From NCBI RefSeq assembly GCF_006345805.1, contig NW_021825017.1:1-16921 (forward strand): DNA of 16,921 nucleotides. The letters are read 5' to 3'. The first letter of the stretch is position 1; every line of letters starts with the position of its first letter. A model generated the notes under the pieces. It saw only the letters and a list, made by a program, of their open reading frames with translations, did no database searches and had not been told where the DNA came from. This document shows, piece after piece, positions 10,192-16,921 of this stretch. The position numbers and the translations under genes were made by a program. This stretch comes from Octopus sinensis. Taxonomy: Eukaryota.

Positions 10192-11695
10192 AATTTTCCG
10201 GGTGATTCGTCCCCTTTAATATTTGTCTTATATTTGATCCCTCTCAGTTTAGTATCAAGGAAGTAAAAGGTAGGGTATAAGTTCAGAAGTAGTAAAGGAA
10301 GGATTAACCATTTGCTCTGCATGGATGATCTGAAGCTTTTTAGCAAGAATGAAAAAGAGATAGATTCCTTAATAGTGACTGTAAGATTCTTCAGCAAAGC
10401 TATAGGCATGGAATTTGGCATAGATAAGTGTGGAATATTAGTCATGAGAAGGGGACAGGTAGTCAACAGCGAAGGTATCCAGACATTAAAACCATTGAAA
10501 AGAGGAGAGAGTTATAAGTATCTAGGAGTATTAGAATCTGACAAAGAACTAATTATAGAAATGTACGCAAAATTTGAGGAGTACATCAGAAGGGTGAAGC
10601 AGCCAATGAAGTCAAAGCTAAATCGTCCGAATCTAGTGAAGGCTGTAAATACTTGGGTAATATCATTACTTAGATACTCAGCTTTTTTAGATTAGACAAA
10701 AACTGAATTAGCAAAGTTAGACAGAGGAACAAGGAAGGAATTGAATATGAATGGGCAGGAGCAGCAAGGCTATACTTACCTAGAAAGGAAGGCGGAAGTA
10801 GAAGAATGCGTGGAGTTAGCTAGAGTAGATATAGACTCCTACGTAGGTAATAGTGAAGTAAGTTTATTGAAAACTGCTGAAGTCACAACAAGACATAGGG
10901 AAACCCAAATGAAGTTAAAAGCCAGAAGAAAGAACAGAAACTATCTGACAAGCAGGAGAAGGCTTCGCATGGTAGACTCCCAATGATAGATTCAGCAAAT
11001 AGTAATAGTAAGACATAGTTATGGTTGCAGAAAGGAAAGCTGAAAAGGGAAGCAGAAAGTTTGTCAGTAGCTGCACAAGAGCAAGAATTAAGGACTAATT
11101 TGATAAAAGCCAAGATAGACAAAAATCAAGTAGATTCTCAATGTAGGGTATGCAAATTAAAAGAGGAAAGCAATGCTTATATAGTAAATGAATTAGCATG
11201 CTGGCACAGAAAAATACAAGAAATGACAGGACAACCTAGGGAGAGTAATCCACTTGGAGTTATGTAGAAAGCTAGGATTTGAACATACTGATAAATGGTA
11301 TGAACATGTAAAGAACTAGAAAGCAAGAAGTATAAGATGCTGTGGGACTTTAACATTCGGATTGATAGAGTAATAGAAGCTAGAAGGCTTGATTTAGTAG
11401 TAATAGATAAAGAGAATAGAAAGTGACAGATAATTGACTTTACAGTCCCAAATGATAATAATCAGTATGAGAGGTATAGAAAAAAATAGCAAAGTTCCAG
11501 GAATAGCCATTGATTACAGAGACTATGGAAAGTGCTGGTAAAATGTATCCCAGTAGTTATAAGTGCATTGGGAACTGCCCCTAAAGATTTGAACAGATGG
11601 ATAGAGGAAATAAGCATAAACCCAGTTTAGTACAGCTACAGAAAACAATGTTATTAGGGACAGCTAGGATACTTAGGAGGGTTCTTGCTATCTAA
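10192..11695 (+). pseudogene. Disrupted RT/RLE ORF of the R4/Dong-like element
   Basis: In-frame TAA at 10264-10266, TAG at 10693-10695 replacing a conserved Trp, several frameshifts; track ORFs 10312-10695, 10741-10986 and 11025-11267 are fragments. Confidence 0.9.
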
Positions 11696-11713
11696 GGCTA
11701 CTTGTTGTAGCCT
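11695..11713 (+). other. 3'UTR stem-loop of the retrotransposon
   Basis: AGGCTAC-ttgtt-GTAGCCT, a 7-bp perfect stem directly at the ORF stop. Confidence 0.6.
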
Positions 11714-11821
11714 GATGTTAGGATTTTTTTCTTTTTCAACAGTCTAATCTGTTCTGTGTATATGAAAATAACGATGACGATGATGTGATCATAATGTTGA
11801 TAAAGATGATAATGATGGTGA

Positions 11822-12377
11822 TTTCAAATTTTTGTCACAAGGGTACCTTAGGTGAGGGGATTAAGTCGATTACATCGACTCCAGTGTGTAACTGGTGATG
11901 AAAGGCAAAGTCGACCTCGGCGAATTTGAACTCATAACGTAGCGGTAGACGAAATACCTATTTCTTTTCTACCCACAAGGGGATAAACACAGAGAGGACA
12001 AACAAGGACAGACAAACGGATTAAGTCGATTATATCGACCCCTGTGCGTAACTGGTACTTATTTAATCGATCCCGAAAGGATGAAAGGTAAAGTCGACCT
12101 CGGCGGAATTTGAACTCACAACGTATAGCGGTAGACGAAATACCTATTTCTTTATTACCCACTAGGGGCTAAACACAGAGGGGACAGACAAGGACAGACA
12201 TAGGTATTAAGTCGATTACATCGACCCCAGTGCGTAACTGGTACTTAATTTATCGACCCCGAAAGGATGAAAAGCAAAGTTGACCTCGGCGGAATTTGAA
12301 CTCACAACGTAACGCAGACGAAATACCGCTAAGCATTTCGCCCGTCGTGCTAGCGATTCTGTCAGCTCGTCGCCTTC
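11822..12377 (-). mobile_element. Head-to-tail array of three SINE family 1 units (~185-bp period)
   Basis: gacgaaatac recurs at 11948, 12134 and 12317; only the 5'-most unit (ending 12377) has the A box; the last unit has a different tail and an internal deletion. Confidence 0.9.
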
Positions 12378-12379
12378 AG

Positions 12380-12440
12380 TAATAATAATAATAATAATAA
12401 TATTAATAATAATAATTATTATTATTATTACTATTACAAC
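12380..12440. repeat. (AAT)n/(ATT)n microsatellite
   Basis: Direct reading. Confidence 0.95.
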
Positions 12441-12474
12441 AATAGTCAAAGAAACGCTGATAAAGGTATTACGA

Positions 12475-12645
12475 TTAAAGGAAAGGAAATGTGATTTGCT
12501 TACTGATTGATCCATCATGTCCATTTGATTCCAGGATTCTGAAGAAAGGGGATGAGAAATTAAAAAATACAACCTCTTAGAATTTGAGAATGCGAGAATT
12601 TGGAACATGAAATCTATAAAAGTTGTACTTGTGATAATTTGTGTA
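12475..12645 (+). pseudogene. Second R4/Dong-like endonuclease C-terminal fragment
   Basis: From 12521 reads PFDSRILKKGDEKLK, one frameshift, then YNLLEFENARIWNMKSIKVVLVII; homologous by eye to the VPND...RLWKVLVKCIPVVI part of the first element but clearly diverged. Confidence 0.7.
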
Positions 12646-12728
12646 CGAAGCTGGCCATAAGAAACTCAGCAATCGAACGGATGAAAATAAAGATGAAAAA
12701 GTACGCCGCTATATTTTTATATATTAAA

Positions 12729-13401
12729 AATACAAAAATGGGACAAGAACGCAAAACATCCAGACAGACGATACAAAGAAAACAAAGACAGGTCATCCGG
12801 AGTTTTCTATCCTCAGTCGAGTTCCAGATTATCTTTGCAATTTCGGCTGGTTATACTCGAGATTGCTCCAATCTGGCCATCCCCAAGGAAAAACTAAGCT
12901 AAGAGCATCAGATTCCTTAGAAGAAAGCAGCGAATGTATATGAAAACAATGACGGACAAAAACGAAGAAATGTTGGTTCGACTACCATCCGTGCAACATC
13001 TATATTCATCCCTGTACCTGTCAAATCCTATGTCTCTGCTGAAAGGCATTACATCCACACATGCCAGTTTATTTTAATTTGTCCTTAATCGAAAGACACC
13101 TGTTAATGTCTTGTTATTTGCATTTGTATTTGTGTCCCATTTCTCGTCTTTGTTTTCGTATACATTCGCTGCTTTCTTCTAAGGAATCTGATGCTCTTAG
13201 CTTAGTTTTTCCTTGGGGATGGCCAGATTGGAGCAATCTCGAGTATAACCAGCCGAAATTGCAAAGATAGACTGGAACTCGGCTGAGGAAAGAAAACTCT
13301 GATGACCTGACCTTGTTTTCCTTGTATCATCTGTCTGGATGTTTTGTTGTCCTTTTTTTGTCTCACCTAACTGGATGTTTTGCGTTCTTGTCCCATTTTT
13401 G

Positions 13402-13405
<4 letters not shown>
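12729..13405. repeat. Long inverted repeat: arms 12729-12954 and 13145-13405, ~190-bp spacer; two convergent copies of an unclassified repeat
   Basis: Arms are reverse complements over ~225 bp; right arm has an extra ~36 bp between duplicated caaaacatccag motifs. Confidence 0.92.

Positions 13406-13454
<49 letters not shown>
13405..13454. repeat. (TA)n microsatellite
   Basis: Direct reading. Confidence 0.97.
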
Positions 13455-13460
<6 letters not shown>

Positions 13461-13765
13461 ATAATCCAAACAAGAAAACAAAAAGACAACAACGCAAGGA
13501 TGTGGAACAAATAAAGTATTATTGGACGCTCAGGAAAGAAGGGAAGAAGGAGGGTTTGACGTTTCGAGCGGAGCTCTTCGTCGGAAACATGGGAGAAGGA
13601 AAGATCCCGAGACGGGAGGACAGAGGAAAAAAAATCGCTGGTAGTATTCACGAGTTCACATACTAAAAAGACGGAAGTGGTAAAAATGGAGGAAAATGTT
13701 TTTAAAAACAAGAGAGCTATATCAAAGAAGGAATGGTAAAAAGGTGTGCGAGATGACAAGTGTGT
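13455..13765 (-). mobile_element. Probable Penelope-like element terminal (pLTR) fragment
   Basis: Contains a minimal hammerhead motif and abuts a (TA)n tract; boundaries approximate; no RT or GIY-YIG ORF visible. Confidence 0.5.
13554..13588 (-). ncRNA. Minimal type I hammerhead ribozyme motif with U4C change
   Basis: Minus strand GTTT-CCGACGA-A-GAGC-TCC-GCTC-GAA-ACGT-C-AAAC: stem I 4 bp, stem II 4 bp, palindromic stem III, GUC site. Confidence 0.7.
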
Positions 13766-14985
13766 GTGAGTGTGTGCGTGTGTGTGTGTGTATGGTGGAC
13801 AATGGCTAGTAGCAGGCAGTAGTAGAATTAAGGGGTGGTGTGGGGGTACCCTAGCAAGTCAGAAAGGCAGGTCAGAAACAGGGAGGTATGTGTGTGTGCG
13901 TGTATATGTATCGTGTGTGTGTTTTGTTGTAGTATGTGTGTGTGTGTGCGTGTGCGTTTTTTTGTGTGTATGGCGAGTAATTGTGCTTAACTTAGTGTAG
14001 GTGTGCGTGTGTGCTTGTACGTGCGTGTGTGTGTATATATACGTATGTATAATTGTGTGCGTGTATGTATGTGTGTGCGTGTATGTATGGTTATGTGCCG
14101 TAAGGGATGTATGTGTGGGTTCATTTGTGTGTGTGTGCGTGTGTATGTATGTGTGTGTAGTTGTGTGTGCGTGTATGTGTATGTGCATTTGTATGTGTGT
14201 GTGTAAGCGTAAATGGATGTATATGCGTGTATCCGTGGGGTTGTGAGTTTCTTTTTGCGCGTGTGCGTGCGTATGTGTGCGCATGTTTGGTGTGCGTATG
14301 TATGTGTGTGTCTGTACTTATATGTGTATACGTATGTGTATGTGTGCGTGCGCGTGGAGGTATATGTTGTGTGTATGTATATGTGTCGGTGTGTATGTGA
14401 ATTAGTGTGTGTTTTGTATATTGTGTGCGTGTATTGTATATATATGTAAATGTGTGTGTATATGTGCGTGGGAGTGAATGTATGTATGTATGTGCGTGTG
14501 TGTACAAATGTAGGGGTTTATATGTGTGTTTATATGTTTATATGTGTGTATATATATGCATGCAAGGACACACTTTGCAACTGAAAGACTGATGGAAAAT
14601 ACTCTTGCGGTGCGGGCGCATGCGAATCTACAGGCACACACGCACACGCCCCGACGTACGCCCGAAATAAAGCCAGACCCCACAGGCATGCGTGCATGCA
14701 TGTATGTATGTGTGCGTGCGCGCACGTATGCATGTGTGCGCGTGTGCATGCGAGTGTGTAAGTAGGTATGTGTGTGTGTGTGTATGTATGTATGTGTGAG
14801 TGAATATGTGTGTATGTCTGTGTGTATGTATGTCCGTATGAGTGTATGTAAGTATGTGTGTGTGTATGTGTATGTGTGTATGTGTGTGTGCATGTATGTA
14901 TGTATGTATGTGTGTATGTGTGTAAGTGTGTGTGTGTGTATGTATGTATGTGTGCATGCGTGTATGTGTATATATATATATATAT
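13766..14985. repeat. Long degenerate (GT)/(GTAT)/(GC) low-complexity tract with short complex islands
   Basis: Direct reading; islands at ~13790-13890 and ~14555-14690. Confidence 0.9.
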
Positions 14986-14989
14986 TTTT

Positions 14990-15950
14990 GTGTCAGGTCA
15001 CTTTCGAGTGCTACTGGTAACATGTAACCTAGTACAACCTGTTGCATGTTCGGGCCGTCTGCAACTAAACTGGCGACCCCACCAAGCTTGCTTGGTATGG
15101 CGGGTGTTTATTGGACACCGTGCGAGAAGAAAAACAAAACCCGTCAAAGGGCGGAGGAACTCTTGAGAATCAACGGCCATCCAATAAATATGTAATTATA
15201 TATTTACTGTTATCTGACTTTTTCTCACTAATTTTTATATATTATATATTTTTTATAGCTTGCTCATTATATAAATTTTTATATACTTCACATCATATAT
15301 TTTATGTATATTTGTGTATATCAATGTTTTTTTTTTATATATATCGTATATCTTCTTTTTTATTTTTTTCTCATTATATCAATCTTATCCAGCTTAAGGC
15401 TGCACCGTGCGCGGGGACATAGAAATAATCGGACTGAATACCCGATCGCGCGGTTAAGCCATTGGGAGTGAAGGACCCCTAGCTTTTGTTAGGGCATTCT
15501 TCAAGGAGAAGGCAACTCAGGTAACTGGGATAACTTCGACATAAAACCTGCGGCTCAGTGGTAACCGATGATGTTGACTTGTTCTTCTTTTCGGATTATG
15601 GCTGCTGTTGCTTAGTGAGTGGGATTGACTCAGTGCACAGTCCCTAAAGTCCAACCTTTCCTCATCGTGGTAAGGGGGTGAAAAGGGAGTGTCAGAGCTA
15701 TGCCGTCGAAGGCTTCGGTTTCTGGTAGGGCCACCCAAGGCGGATTGTTCTGACACCCAGCGGTATCAGGACCGCACCCGGCTAACGGGGCTCTGGTGAA
15801 CAGAAGGATCTGATCCAGCAACCGGCGGCTTCAACCCGTCCTGTTCCTGCGTCCGTGGAAAATCTACGGCAAACAAGACGTTCTCCCAACAGGGATATAC
15901 TTGCGGCTGGGGGCCGCTTGCGAACTTCCTATTCCCAAGATCCTTCAAAT
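14990..15950 (+). mobile_element. GC-rich block, possible 5' region of a LINE (RTE-like?) truncated before its ORF
   Basis: Sharp GC rise between two (TA)n tracts, structured 5' end, no recognisable protein; family assignment is inference. Confidence 0.4.
15017..15073 (+). ncRNA. Candidate HDV-like ribozyme
   Basis: P1 aacatg/catgtt (15019-24 / 15045-50), P2 ctagt/actgg (15029-33 / 15069-73), P3 ca/tg with loop acctgt, P1.1 cc/gg (15038-39 / 15052-53), J4/2 CTAA (15065-68); P4 weak, P1 base imperfect. Confidence 0.4.
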
Positions 15951-16006
15951 ATTCCTCATTTATATATATGAAAGAAGGTTTGAAAATGCAATTTTAAAGA
16001 TGTTTA

Positions 16007-16053
16007 TTCACTTGACCGGTTTCACTTTTTAGGTAAAGATTGTCAAAAGTAAA
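16007..16053 (-). ncRNA. Minimal type I hammerhead ribozyme motif with U3-A8 core variant
   Basis: Minus strand TTTACTT-TTGACAA-T-CTTT-ACCTAA-AAAG-T-GAA-ACCGGT-C-AAGTGAA: stem I 7 bp, stem II 4 bp, 6-nt palindromic stem III, GUC site. Confidence 0.65.
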
Positions 16054-16207
16054 ATGTAAAGCTTTGTATGAGCTTTGTTGTTCTAAGTACTGGTTGTTAC
16101 AAAATTATTAAGATACAGTTGTACATTCTTTGATAATAATAAGAAAATGTTAAAAACAGGTTACAAGAAAGTATTTAAGAAAGTAATCAGAACGGGACTC
16201 CAAAAAG

Positions 16208-16270
16208 TATCGACTCAAAACCTCACGATCGTAAGCTCCACGCTCTAACCACTGAGCTATGCGCCTTCAC
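16208..16270 (-). mobile_element. tRNA-like SINE head (third family)
   Basis: Minus strand gtgaaggcgcaTAGCTCAGTGGttagagcg...; perfect A box (16249-16259), degenerate B box (gagtcgatac). Confidence 0.75.
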
Positions 16271-16291
16271 ATATCCATCCATCCATAATAC

Positions 16292-16309
16292 ATACGCACG
16301 CACACACAC

Positions 16310-16383
<74 letters not shown>

Positions 16384-16392
16384 GTATGTGTA
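16292..16392. repeat. (CA)n-(TA)n microsatellite
   Basis: Direct reading. Confidence 0.97.
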
Positions 16393-16469
16393 TGAAGAAA
16401 TTCAATGAAGACTCATGTAAAGAGTTTACTGTGCAAAGAGGGAAGGAAAGATTTATTTATTCATTTTAG

Positions 16470-16620
16470 AGATTTACCATTTAAAGAGGAAAAGCAGCAA
16501 CGAATACTTAGAAACCAGAAATCTCCTGAAGAGTGATTCACACGAGATATATAAGGAATTAATAAAACACCACCCTCTTCACATTTTAAGAAGCCATCTG
16601 CACCAACAAGAAGAACAACT
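16470..16620 (+). other. Possible internal exon of an unidentified host gene
   Basis: Acceptor-like ttattcattttAG (ends 16469), donor-like GTAAGA (16621), one frame open for 49 codons; no recognisable protein. Confidence 0.25.
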
Positions 16621-16921
16621 GTAAGAGTTGATTAAGAGAGTCACTATGTGGTAACCCTCGTTAGAATTATGCGTTAACTCTTTGTGGTAACACTATGTGG
16701 TAACTCCTTGTTAGAATTAATATCTCCTTCAAAAGACCCAACATTTGTCTTAAATAAGGAATGGATGCATTAAATTTAAATATAATCAAGAACATTTTAG
16801 AAAAACAGGATGGTCATGGTTTGAAAAGTCTTTGGTCATATATTCTCTCAACGACATGAGCTGCTATACATCTAGTAAATCTACTCGTAAAGAAATGCAA
16901 ACTTTTTCAAAAATGGAATAA

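Larger units (their letters stand above)
10191..11765 (+). mobile_element. 5'-truncated, decayed R4/Dong-like non-LTR retrotransposon (RT C-terminal half, zinc knuckle, restriction-like endonuclease)
   Basis: Pieced translation: GDSSPLIFVLYLIPLS (from 10201), NHLLCMDDLKLF, YKYLGVLE, RLYLPRKEGG (10767), AAQEQELRTN, CRVC (11142), KWYEH, LWDFNI (WDF from 11343), RRLD (11382), IIDFTVP, LQKTMLLGTARILRRVLAI* (stop 11693-11695); many stops and frameshifts. Confidence 0.92.

Noticed and set aside
13220-13310. Hammerhead-like words (CTGAGGA, CTGATGA, GCCGAAATTGCAA) in the inverted-repeat arm
   Set aside because: Wrong order and no consistent stems I-III
13770-15166. Overlapping 60-160 aa ORFs
   Set aside because: Same artefact from the GT/GTAT tract

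Overview
AT-rich, repeat-dominated eukaryotic DNA with no intact protein-coding gene and no prokaryotic features. The SINE families and microsatellite load suggest an octopus or other coleoid genome; this is pattern recognition, not a database result. The window holds two main tRNA-derived SINE families, with one TSD-flanked copy each, plus two different SINE-derived tandem arrays. It also holds a ~415-bp TIR element carrying telomeric TTAGGG repeats (2 full and 2 partial copies), two non-autonomous Helitrons, and a decayed R4/Dong-like RT + restriction-like-endonuclease retrotransposon with a second fragment, both next to (AAT)n tracts. There are long inverted repeats and many microsatellites, which explain nearly all ORFs in the supplied track. 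The most interesting signals are RNA-structural and lie in the 13.5-16.3 kb nest of (TA)n-associated elements. Two minimal Penelope-type hammerhead ribozyme motifs occur there. One has a compensatory U3-A8 core and sits ~200 nt downstream of a tRNA-like Pol III head. A candidate HDV-like ribozyme lies at the start of a GC-rich LINE-5'UTR-like block. All folds were worked out by eye and need computational and biochemical testing.
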